Origin: Rhizophagus irregularis
Taxonomy: Eukaryota
Reading direction: 5' to 3'
Assembly (NCBI RefSeq): GCF_026210795.1
Contig: NC_089435.1
Span: forward strand, 2,046,001-2,110,000
Length of the DNA: 64,000 bases
Made by a program: the position numbers and the translations under genes. A model generated the notes under the pieces. The model worked only from the letters and a program-made list of their open reading frames with translations. It was not told the DNA's origin and did no database searches. Below, piece after piece: positions 12,341 to 24,562 of the stretch. Within the stretch, counting starts at the first letter, position 1. Each line of letters begins with the position of its first letter.

Positions 12341-14119
12341 ATGTGGATAGATGTTGATCCTTATCAATATCAGGTAAAATAATTCATTTTATCATTTAAT
12401 AATATAACATTATTGAATTTCTAATTTGAATAATAATGCTTTTTTAAATCATTTATTTAAAAGCTCCATGTTACAATTCCTACTATTTATTCAACTATTG
12501 AATCAGAAAATATAGATGAAAGAGTAGTTTATATAGGAGATGTAGAAAAAAGAAAACAAGTGGAGAATATAAAGAACCTGGCACAGGGGGAAAATGGTGT
12601 CAATCTTAAAAATTGGACTAGTGGATATAAAGATATTGATGAATTTATACAACAATCACAACTTAATGCTGTGCATTGTAAAAAATATATTGAATGGATA
12701 CCTTTTGAAAATTTTAAAGATATTACTTATATTACCAGAGGTAGATTTGGTAAAATTTATTCAGCAAAATGGCTTGAAGGATATATTCATTCTTGGGATA
12801 TTGAAAATCAAAAATAGAATAGGTATAGTAATACAGAAGTTGCATTAAAAAGTTTGGACAATTCTTCTTGTATAAGTACAGAATTTTTAAATGAGGTAAT
12901 TAAAATAAGAAATGTAATCTATTTACTTTTATTTTTATTTATGTATTACTTATATATTATTAAAAATTTTCACTTTCAATATGTTCATTAGATTAAAACT
13001 CATCTTCAGATTTATCTTTGGGATATTGTTCAATGTTATGGAATAACTCAAGATCAAAATACCAAAGATTATATGATGGTTTTAGAATATTGTAGAGAAG
13101 GAAATTTGAGAAATTACTATCTCAACAATGAATCAGATTATTATTCAAAAATTAATAAATTACAACAAATTGTAAGTGGACTTCTAGATAATCATAATGC
13201 TGGAAAAGTTCATAAAGATTTTCATTCAGGCAATATATTACATAGAGATTATCCACTTATAAGTGATTTAGGAATGTGCCAACCAGCAAATAATGAAAAG
13301 CAATCAGTTAAACAAGAAGGAATTTATGGAGTATTACCTTATATGGCACTAGAAGTTTTACGTGGATATCAATATACAAAAGCATCTGATATTTATTCAT
13401 TTGGAATAATGATGAATGAATATATATCTGAAGAAACTCCTTATAATAATATTCCTCATAATCATGCTTTATCTATTAAAATATGTAAAGGACTTAGACC
13501 AAATATTTTCAAATATACACCAAAATTACTTGCAGATTTGATTACTAAATGTTGGGATGCCAAAGCAGAAAATAGTCCAACCACTAAAGAATTGTATCAA
13601 ACATTAAATAAATGGGATGAGTGTAGAGCAAGTGAAGATAGTGATACTGGATTTCAAATATATGAATATAATGATAAAATTAAATTAAACAGAACAAGTG
13701 AAAAAAGATCTAACAACATATAAACACATCCACAGGCAATCTACACTAGTAGACTTTTAAATTTCAAAAATCTTCCAGAACCAGTAAATTCAGGTAATTT
13801 AATTTAATTTTACTTTGATAAGCAAAAAAAAAAAAAAATGTTTACATTACTAATAACTTTATTTTTTTAGTAGACGGTACTAAAACAACATTACATAAGT
13901 AATTATTTCTATCAGCAATCAGTATAATTAATAAATATTTATATTGTTTTAATATTATGTTAATTAATTTATAGATTCAGAATGTTTTGATTGTCAATTA
14001 GACGAATTAGGTAAGATATTTATTCTTCAGCTCTTTATTTTTCTAATACTTAATAATTTGCTTATTTTGCAGATCTTGATGAAATTAATCAAGAAGAAGA
14101 AAATAATAATACTGAATGA
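12341..14119 (+). pseudogene. Tyrosine-kinase-like protein kinase pseudogene (multi-exon)
   Basis: Family motifs NWTSG..IDEFIQ, EWIPF, VALKSL, HKDFHSGNIL, DLG, GVLPYMA.E, HPQAIYTSRLL. In-frame stops at 12815-12817 and 13721-13723, plus deletions in the Cys-rich N-terminus. Small 3' exons end at TGA 14119. Confidence 0.85.
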
Positions 14120-16094
14120 TTTTTTATGAGAATCAAAGAATTTAGTTTGATTAAAATTATATTATTAAATTATTTCTTTTATACTAGCTATTATTTATGG
14201 GTTTTGTATGTATTATTTTGGTTTGATAAAAATAAATTATAAATTGGTTAGTTATTGATTGTTCATTTATGTAAATTAATGTTATCCTTAAACTTTTTGA
14301 CATGATATGATGTCATTCGCCCCTAGAGGGACTCAGGAATTTTTAGTATCAAAAATCCTATTTGTCACGTCCTATTTGCCAATATAGGGTAATCATAGTA
14401 GTCATATGAGTTTTATTGTCAGTGACATCTTTCGATAGTAAAGTTGAATATTATTTTCCTTTATTGAGAATCTAGAATAAAATTATTAAAAAACATAAGT
14501 TCATTGTGACCGCTAATGTTGTTATTTTCATACTTATATATTTTACATTTTTATTATTATTTTACAAAAAAACTTTTGTCAATAGCAAACCTATATATAT
14601 ATATTAAAACATTTCTATTCTTTTTTACGATTATCACAAAATATTTTGTATGAACTAACTTTGTGCATTATCAATATCCTTTTTCTTACACGTTTTGAAA
14701 ATGAACATGATAATAAGGTAATTAGATTAATATGTATATAATTGGTCTTTAAAATCAAATTGTTTCATTCATTTTTCTATTTGAATTAAGATTGGCTATA
14801 CAAAAAATATACTGTCACAATTTTTCAGTATCAAATTTTTGAAATCCTATTACGACATTATGACAAAATTTCTTTTTATAGCATAAGAAATAGAAGTGAT
14901 ACCAGCTTCTAAATTTGGAACAATAATTTGGGTATGAAAAATTGGAAAATAGGAAATATCGAAAGAATATAATGAAATCATTTTTTTTTTTTTGAATAAA
15001 GGAATAAGGATTTTTAAAAACATATTTATTTAAAAGCTAGTTACTGTATATGAAAATATTATGTAAAAAAGAAAATAGCCAATGAAATCCGCAACTTTCT
15101 TTTTAATTTAAAAGATTATGTAATGTAATTAATATATTTATTTCTTTCACAAATTTAATAACTTTATTGCAATGGGTAAAAAAATATTTATTTTTCAATT
15201 AAATAAATAAAAATATCTGTCTAATAATTTTTTCCAATAAATTTAAATATTTAACATATATATATTTTCACGTTTCAAAGAGAATTACATTGAAAATGAT
15301 AAAATAAATACTGGTGCTGACTATAAAATAAAGTAACATAATATTATACACAAATATGTTAATTAAAAGCCTACATTTTAATATTGTAATAGGGCAAATT
15401 CTTTTTCCTGATACTCGGGTGAAGTTGCTTATGATATTGCTGGTTGAACATAAGTAGTATTTGACATTGATGGATTTGGATGTGTATTATCTTGAGGTTT
15501 TTAACGACCTTCATTTTTTAATGAACTTACTTCCATTTTTAAATATTGTCTTTACTCTTTACCTTTTCAATGAATTCAATTAAACTATAATTATAAAGTC
15601 AACTAAGTGAGCGTAATACAGCAGCTTCACTTTAATAGGTTAGTCTAATCTAACATTTCTAAACTTTTAATCTTTTCATCCTTTTTGTCTAATTCCTTTC
15701 CAGTTTTCTATTTCCATGAAACCTTTATAATAAAAAAAGTTTATTATTCAAAAATAAAAATCCATTAACCAATTATGAGAAAGACACCTTTCGAGAATGC
15801 ACTATAATATCATTTTTTATTTCGAGATGAAATTTTTTTAGCCATTATTTTTAGGTGTAAAATGAAAAATATCTAGTTTGTCAATAAAACTTTTTTATCC
15901 CTGATTATCATATTAAAAAAGAATTAAATGTTTTACATTAAATAAAATTAATAAGTTGTAAAGAAAAGTTGAGTATTATTAAAAGAAAATCAGGATGGTA
16001 GTCAACTTTACAGTATAGTCTAACATAAATTGTCTTATAACATGTAACACGTCTTTTATAAATTTGTGTAAAAGATGTAATATAACTTATTAAA

Positions 16095-16477
16095 TTCTGA
16101 AATGATATTGGTTAGTGATTTTGACGGACTGATATACAGTTTAATTATACCTTTTATGTCTTTTTTTACTTGCTTATAACACAAGCCACCGATTTTATTG
16201 ATGCGCAGTTTAAATTGTTATATGGTAATAAAATAATATGTAACGCGATTTTTACTGCGTCTTTTATAATTGTTTATTATAATATACCACAAGTGATGAC
16301 TCATAATTATATTCTAAAATGATATTGGTAGTGATTTTGATGGACTGATATTTAAATATATCTATTACAGTTTAATTATACTTTTTATATCAAATAAAAT
16401 ATTTTTTTTTGCTTACAAACTTATACTGTAATAATTTTTTGCTTTTAAAAAGCCACTGATTTTATTGATGCGCAGTA
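16095..16477. repeat. Local direct duplication (two copies ~215 bp apart)
   Basis: AATGATATTGG(T)TAGTGATTTTGA.GGACTGATAT...ACAGTTTAATTATAC...AAGCCAC.GATTTTATTGATGCGCAGT occurs twice. Confidence 0.75.
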
Positions 16478-16720
16478 TTAAGTATTTTTTTCATCAAATC
16501 AATTATAATATCAACAATAAACTATTTTTTACTATTTTTCTACTTTTGCAAGTCCGCAAGAGTTGATTACAAATATTAATATCATTTATACTTTTTATAT
16601 GAAGAGCTTGTGCAACAAAAAAAAATATTTATACAGTTCTTTTTTCTTTTTTTTTTTATTACACATCCTCTTATTCCAAACATTCCAAATATTCTCCTAT
16701 TCCACACATACACATCCACT

Positions 16721-16990
16721 TATTCTTTCCCTCCTTTAGAGAACTTTTTTCGCGCAAATAAATATTTTTATTTTTTTTTTGTGCGAAAAATAATATCCTC
16801 TTATTCTTTTCCTCTTTTAGAGAAAGGTTAACCTTTTTTTCGCGCAAATAAATATTTTTATTTTTTTACGCAAAAAAAAATAAATATTCTTCCCTCCTCC
16901 TTCTTTAGAGAAAGGTAACCAACTTTTTTTTGTGCAAATAAATATTCTTATTTTTTTTTTACGTAAAAAATAAATTATTTTTTTTTTTAC
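16721..16990. repeat. ~85-90 bp tandem repeat, 3 copies
   Basis: TATTCTT..CCTC..TTTAGAGAA...TTTTTT(C/T)G(C/T)GCAAATAAATATT repeated three times. Confidence 0.8.
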
Positions 16991-17009
16991 ACAAATAATT
17001 ATCTAGGGT

Positions 17010-18371
17010 AAGGTTCTCTTTACACAAGAAATCTATAACAAAATCAACAGAAATTTATTTATCACATTTGGTACATTTGGTGAGTTATTGTGTTTAAATT
17101 TAAAAAGAGCTTTAATTGCAATGAAGGCTTTTTTACGATTTAGTTCATGGGTCTGCTCACGTATGTATATGTCTAAGGTTTTCCAAATTTGCTTATGCTT
17201 ATTTGTCGGGATTCTTTGTGAGTTTAGATGAAATCTGGTATATGTGCCTGAGTAAGCGTGGATGAGCGTTCTGATATCAGCCTAGTAATTCAATAACTCA
17301 TTTATCTGAGTGATCATAGGATAACCTTTCTCTTTATTTCTAGATTATTATCAACAAGATCCAGTTTTTCCGTATTTATCAATTCTATTGATATATTTTT
17401 TTAATATTACTTTTATCATCAAGTCCAAGGTTCTCCTTAAACAAGAAATCTATAACAAATCAATAGGAATTTATTATCACATTTAATATATTTGGTGAGT
17501 TATTGTGTTTAAATTTAAAAAGTTTGAACTTTAATTGCAATGAAGGCTTTTTTACGATTTAGTTCATGGGTCTGCTCACGTATGTATATGTCTAAGGTTT
17601 TCCAAATTTGCTTATGCTTATTTGTCGGGATTCTTTGTGAGTTTAGATGAAATCTGGTATATGTGCCTGAGTAAGCGTGGATGAGCGTTCTGATATCAGT
17701 CTAGTAATTCAATAACTCATTTATCTGAGTGATCATAGGATAACCTTTCTCTTTATTTCTAGATTATTATCATCAATATCCAGTTTCTCCGTATTTATCA
17801 ATTCTATTGATATTTTTTTTAATATTACTTTTATCATCAAGTCCAAAGTTCTCCTTACACAAGAAATCTACAACAAAATCAATAGGAATTTATTATCATA
17901 TTTAATACATTTGGTGAGTTATTGTGTTTAAATTTAAAAAGTTTGAGCTTTAATTGCAAAGAAGGCTTTTTTACGATTTAGTTCATGGGTCTGCTCACGT
18001 ATGTATATGTCTAAGGTTTTCCAAATTTGCTTATGCTTATTTGTCGGGATTCTTTGTGAGTTTAGATGAAATCTGGTATATGTGCCTGAGTAAGCGTGGA
18101 TGAGCGTTCTGATATCAGCCTAGTAATTCAATAACTCATTTATCTGAGTGATCATAGGATAACCTTTCTCTTTATTTCTAGATTATTACCATCAAGATCC
18201 AGGTTTTCTGTATTTATCAATTCCATTGATATATTTTTCTAATATTATTTTTATCATCAAGTAAGGCCAAGGTTTTCCTTACACAAGAAATCTATAATAA
18301 AATCAATAAGAATTTATTTATCATATTTGGTACATTTGGTGAGTTATTGTGTTTAAATTTAAAAAGTTTGA
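17010..18371 (+). repeat. ~420-bp tandem repeat (3 full units plus a partial), each unit with a putative hairpin-forming intron
   Basis: Unit starts at 17010, 17427, 17845 and 18269. Near-identical ~220-nt cores bounded by TGAGTTATTG/CAATAACTCA inverted repeats. GTGAGT donor-like and polypyrimidine-TAG acceptor-like sites in each unit. Confidence 0.93.
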
Positions 18372-18719
18372 TGGCAAAAAATCACGTAAAATATAAATTT
18401 TTAGGGGTGATTTAACCCAGATTATTTAACCCGGGGGCAAATTAGCAATATTATTAAGAAATTTTAGCTTATTAATAATATTAACACTATGCATACTTAT
18501 GTTTTACATTATATAAATTTTATACTTAAATAATTTATAATATTTAATTTTAAAGATTGATTTTATCAAAATATAAAGATAAATACATACTTTATAATAA
18601 ATAATACATACTATATGCAATTTCTATTATTTTTATTTTTTCATTATCAAATTTTATAATAACAATAATAAAAAATAAAAAATAAAAAGTTCATTTCAAA
18701 TATTCACATTAGTAACTGG

Positions 18720-19580
18720 ATTAGTACCTATATTCCATATAAAATCATTATCTAAATCTTTTTCATGTTCCTTGACAATTTTATAATGCTTTATTACTTT
18801 CGGTCCATACATTTTAATTAGATCAATCAATTGATCCAAATTCGGGTAATCTGATATATCCATCAAATAAGTATTTATTTCTAATAATATAGGATTTTTT
18901 GTCCAATTCGATCTAATTTACATTTATATAAAGAAAATTTAAATTTGAATAAACCCATTGGTGATGATTTATTCAATATTTTCGAAAGTAAATCAATATC
19001 AATATAATCTCCTTAAATATATAAACTTCTAAATATTGACATCTAATCAATATTTTCTCCAAATCATAATAAGTTGCCTCATCTTTATCGTCAATGGTTA
19101 TCTTAAAATATTTGATTTTTGGACAATTTTTACAAATTGTATTAGTAAGTTTTCTATTAATGTGATAATAATTACTATACTTAATTCGGTAATATGACCT
19201 TCCGTACTCTTAATCAAACAAATTACAATTTTAGGTAAAACTTTACAAGTTTTTAAGGTTTCTAAAAGAGGTAAAGAAACAATTTCCAAACTTCCCATTT
19301 CATGTTATGTTCTAAAGAAATTTCTAAACTTGTTAAATTTACAAGATATAAAAGAACATTCGTGACAGGTTTCCAATATAATCTTATATGTTTTATAGTA
19401 TTGGCACTTTTAATTAATAGAATTTACACATGTTTTACTTGGAAATTCACTAAAAATGACTTCTTCTAGATTTTCTTGAGATTCAATTAATTTTACAATT
19501 CCAGAATAATTAATTTTTATGCTATTTTAATTAAATTGCATTTTTTTAATTGATTTACTAAATTTACTAGTTTAGATATA
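18720..19580 (-). pseudogene. Degenerate F-box/RNI-like LRR gene, C-terminal part
   Basis: Fragments IKSANTIKHIRLYWKPVTNVLLYLVNLTSLEI and VSLPLLETLK...IKSTEGHITELSI resemble the C-terminal half of 29449-30912. Frameshifts present. Confidence 0.7.
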
Positions 19581-20598
19581 AGACAGGTAAAAGCGTGGAT
19601 GTTAATTAGTGTAATGGTTGCATTAGATGTACTTATCATATTTTTCTTATAGGTTTATTATTTCAAATGTTATTGCAATCACCTTCATTTTTGTTATTTC
19701 TTTTCATGATAACTCCCACTGTTTTACAATTTTGATTATTCCTAAAAGTACTTTACTAATTAAAAATAATCATTTATTTTATAGCGAAGAGAATTAATAA
19801 CTATAAAGAAAATTTTAATATAATCAATATTATACTGAAAGTATTGTGCACAAATGACGGAAAATAATTTTGTAAAGGTAACATCAATATTTTACCATAA
19901 AAAAAAAAATGATACGTATGCTGCAATGAATTTTCTTGAGAATTACAACATTTTTCACATATTCATGATTATTGTGTATGGCGTAATTTTATTCGCACTA
20001 ATATGATTTCGGATAGCATGAGATAGAATTCCAGAAATGATTTGGCGTTTGTAGCACGACGTGTGAATTTTCTTCCTTATATTCCTTAGGCTGTGAGTAT
20101 GGTGAATACGATTATTAAATGAATAAATAAAATGAAAAATGATTAATTTCCAATTTTAGATTAGAAAGTTTTTTTTTTGTAATAATCTCATTTTGAATTG
20201 ATAGCCTTTTATAAATCATTTTATGTCTATTTGAAGACTTGAAATATAAAAAATTCTCATCTATGATTTATCAAACTTAAACAAAAAAAAAATTATTATT
20301 AGGAATTATGTTCGATATTACACGAACTTTTTATTGTTTCTTTAGAATTTTCTTTCAGTAACCGAATTTTTATGATGAATTCTTTTTTATATTAAAAACG
20401 ATCAGTCATTTAAATTTTTTTTACGTAAAATTTACGTAAAATGAAAAAATAAAAATTTAAATTATTAATTTTATTTTTGTTAGTGAACTACTTTATTAAA
20501 TTTCTTTTTAGTTAGTCTACGTGTTTGTTCAATATTTTTAATAGAGTATATTTATGAGGAAAGATAAAATTAACTCTTTTTATAAAAAAAAATGAATT

Positions 20599-20871
20599 AT
20601 GAACCAAACAAAATCAATTATTCAAAGCGGAAATGTTGCTATTGATAATTTTATAAAACACGCTTCTAGAATGGAATTTGTTCCTTTTGAAAAATTTAAG
20701 GATATAGAATATAATATATTGCCAAAGGAGGATTTAAAAGCGACTTGGATCAATGGTCCAATAACTAATCGGAATTATGCAAAACAACATAAAGGTGAAA
20801 TGACAGTTACTCTTAAGGAACTTACTTATTCTAAAGATATAACTTTTAATCAATTAAATGAGATAAAATAA
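20599..20871 (+). pseudogene. Kinase N-terminal fragment
   Basis: SGNVAIDNFIK, MEFVPFEKFKDIEY, KATWINGPI and VTLKEL match the N-lobe of the kinases in this window. Gly-loop disrupted and no C-lobe follows. Confidence 0.7.
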
Positions 20872-21776
20872 TCATATAATTTTTTTTAATTATTGACTAA
20901 TAAATAAAATAATAGTAATTATTTTTTAGCTTTAAGATACTTAACGATTATTGAATATTGTGCCGATCTAAATCAAGTTGGATCAAATTAACCGGGTCGA
21001 CACGTATCTTTCAGAGTACTAATCATAATATCAAAATACAATTAACCAATTATAATAACAATTATCCACTGCAGAGCACTGATTTACTCAAGCTACTCGA
21101 AGACTAAGTTGTGTACGTTGGTTCAATAGAAATTGCTTTAATTTAATAAATTACTTAATTTGGCTACTTACGCTCACTGTACACTAAATGATTTGTTGCA
21201 TCCTGAAACGTAAAAGTACATTCATTTATATTGATGTGCATTAAACTTGTTTAAAGTAATATTTAGTAAAAATCTTATTTTAATAGAAGTTTACATAGAA
21301 ATGGTTACAATTATTAAAAATATCAACATTTAGAGAACAATGATAACATTCTAAACTTTAGAAATTGTTTGCTATCTATTTGTGATAAACCTTTTATTTT
21401 TGTAAGAATTAATGTATCTTGCATTTGCTCTGTTAAAACAAATTAACTTTCTTGAATTTGTCATGATCTTTTTTCATGGATAGTGAAAAAATGTTGATTA
21501 AGCTTAACTATATATAGCAAGTATATAATTGTAAGTCATCTATTAATAGTTACAATGTTATGAATCAATAAAAAACATGATATATTGTTAGTAATTTAGT
21601 ATCATTAATATTACATATCAGATATATGAGATATATGTGAAGAATTTGTGGTTACGAGTGACTCATCAAATAAAATCATTTTAGATTATCTATTGCGCTA
21701 TATATAATATATCATCTTTTTTTTTCTCCAAACTCGCAATTGAAAAAATTTTCTTTCCTACACCTGTCTAAAAAAA

Positions 21777-23242
21777 ATGAAGTTCAACAGAGACGTACTT
21801 TATTTAATATCAAAAAATTTGCAAAATGACAGTATATCACTTTATTCATTTCTTCTAGTTAGTAGAATTTGGTATGAGGTGGCAGTACCAATATTATGGA
21901 AAATTCCTGGAAGAATTCCTTTAACTAAAAAAGCAGAGAGTATATTATTTAACGTTATACTTTCACATTTTTCAGAAGACTCAAGAGATATTTTGAAGAA
22001 ACAAGGAATCAACGATCTTTTCACAGAAGCTTATCGACCACTTTCATTTAATTACATTATCTTCTGGAGACATTTAGATTTAGAATATTTAGAGGATATG
22101 ATCAAGATCAAATTAAGAAATGACAAAGAACCGAACATTAATATTATAATAAATGAATTATTAAAATTATTTATTAACAAAAATACTAAATTTCTTTCAC
22201 TTTTTATTCCATATAATTTTAAGTATCAATTACATAATATTTCATGGGCTGAGCAATGCTTTTCAAGTCTTAAATTCCTTCGTTGCGATAGTAGGGATAA
22301 AAATATTATGGAAGGGTTAGTTATAATAGCTAAATCAATTAATAAAATCAGTTATTATATTTCAAATTTTGATAATGATGATATTTTTGGAAGCTTAAAA
22401 TTAATTGAAAATCAAAATAATTTGAAAGAAATTAAAATTGAATGTCGTACTTCGTTTGAACAATCCAAAATTATTAAAATTATTGAAAAATCACTAATTA
22501 AAAAAGCAAATACTCTTCAACATCTACAAATAAATTGGGATCCCGATGATGAATTTCTTTCATATTTTGTAAATTTAATTAGTTTAAAATAGGTGATTCT
22601 TGGTATAAATACCATTATAATAGAACAAATTGGTATCATTTGAAGAAAGTATTTTTACCTGGTTTAAAAGTTTTAATAGCCAATACTGACTCACATAAAA
22701 ATTTAGATAGAATGATTAAAATTACAATTTGTCATCTTCTTAAAATCACTATTTGCAATAAAAATTTTATTAGTGATTCTGATTATAATAGAAGACTTAT
22801 TCAAGCAATTTATCAGAATTGTCCAAATCTTAGATATCTTAATATGCCAATTAAAGAACAAAATATTCCTGAATTTGAAATGTTATTAATTAATTGTCAA
22901 AATTTAGATGAATTAATATTTAAGTATGAATTACCTTTTAATTATAGGAATTTGTTTAAAATATTAGTTAGATCATCACCAATAAGTTTGTATAAGTTTA
23001 AAATTTATTTTAATCAGGAATTTGGACCTAATTCTGAAACATTAAAATCATTTTTTGATAACTGGAAAGATAGGCATCCTATGATTTTACAAATCCATTC
23101 GATGAATTTTGAAGATATGGAGGAATTAAAAGGGTTAGCTAAAAAATATGAATTAAAAGGAATAGTTCAAAGATGTGACTTTAATTGTGTTTGTGATTAT
23201 GAAGAATTTGATTGGGTTCGAAAAAACACAGATATTTATTAG
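21777..23242 (+). pseudogene. F-box/RNI-like LRR gene with a single frameshift (pseudogene or sequence error)
   Basis: ORFs 21777-22592 and 22640-23242 together are colinear with intact 29449-30912. TTAGAAATAGGT in the paralog reads TTAAAATAGGT here, a 1-bp loss near 22586. Confidence 0.85.
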
Positions 23243-24470
23243 CTACAAGTATCTTATTATATATATAAATATCTTATATGTGATTATATATATACAGTGG
23301 CCTGCCAAAAAAAAAAAATAATCAAGGCGATACTGCTAAATATGAATTTTAAAAAAATAATCAAGGTTGAAGTTTATCTTCCATATAATGATGAAAATGA
23401 TTTAGATTATCTTACGTGTAGAGCACTATCTAAAAGTTTTGATCAGAAGTATTTTGAAAAACTATTAGTGGAGAATGGACTTGACGAATATATTAATTTT
23501 GATGAATTTTTTTCAACTTATATATATATATATATATATATATAGATTTTCTTACAGAAAAATTTATCATTGCAAAATTTTATTATAATCAAGAAATTAA
23601 CTTTTTATAAAAAAAATAAAATCATGTTCTACAAATTCTATTAACAAGCATGATACACTTTTCGATTGTTTCTCTATAATTTGGTGTTGGTTAAACCACA
23701 TTTTATTGCAAAAGTTGCGTCTTTTCTTTATAATGTTCATTATGGAGTCACAAGTAATTTCCTGCAATTCAAAACTAATATGGCGTGGATGCCTGCCAAA
23801 AAGAATTCTCGCTTTTCTTAATTTTTTTTGTTTAAATGTAAATGTCTAATGGCAAAAGTCTTTTCCCCCTGTGAGCTTTTTGATTTATTCTAAATTTATA
23901 AATTTTCAATTGAGCAATTTCACTTAGTGTCATTCCTAAAGTTATGGCTGTCACTTCGCATAAACCTTCTCAATTTGCATTGTAGCTGTCCATTATGAAG
24001 TGCTTTGTATAACCCTAAATTGTAGTACCTCAGAAAGCAGTTACACCATTCAGACAAGATATCACATAAATCATCAGTGGCATCTCGGACGTCCTTGTTG
24101 AAGAACAACTTTTTTGTGTGTCCTGTGTCTTTAGAAATATAAAGTCAGATAAAGTATTAAGAGTACTTCAGGTGAATTAAGGAATACCTACCTCTTTCAA
24201 GAAGAATTAAATTGTTAGAATCACGAACTTCATTATTCACCACGAGACCTTTCTTGCAGACTTCGTCTATATATAGTAACTCTGTTTTGTGGTTGATTAA
24301 GACTCACGATATATTGATTTACATTTACATCATTCCAACATTCTCCGATTTTCTCAAGAATTCTTGCCATTTCTTAACGAGTTAATTAAACTTGGAAGAT
24401 GAAAATCATAAAAGGAGAAAGAAATATGTGTACGTAATCTTACATCACAAAGCTCGCCTCTCTTTGTAAA

Positions 24471-24562
24471 CATGAATTGTCCTTAGTTTGAGAAATGAAT
24501 TGTCCCTTAGTTTGAGACATGAATAGTCCCTTAATTTGAGACATGAATTGTCCCTTAATTTG
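24471..24562. repeat. 24-bp minisatellite, ~4 copies
   Basis: CATGAAT(T/A)GTCCCTTA(A/G)TTTGAGA repeated. Confidence 0.85.

Noticed and set aside
17010..18371. Hammerhead/retrozyme, C/D snoRNA, 5S rRNA or tRNA identity for the 420-bp repeat
   Set aside because: No CUGANGA hammerhead core, no canonical RUGAUGA box C, and no recognisable 5S or tRNA motifs by eye. An Rfam search is still needed.
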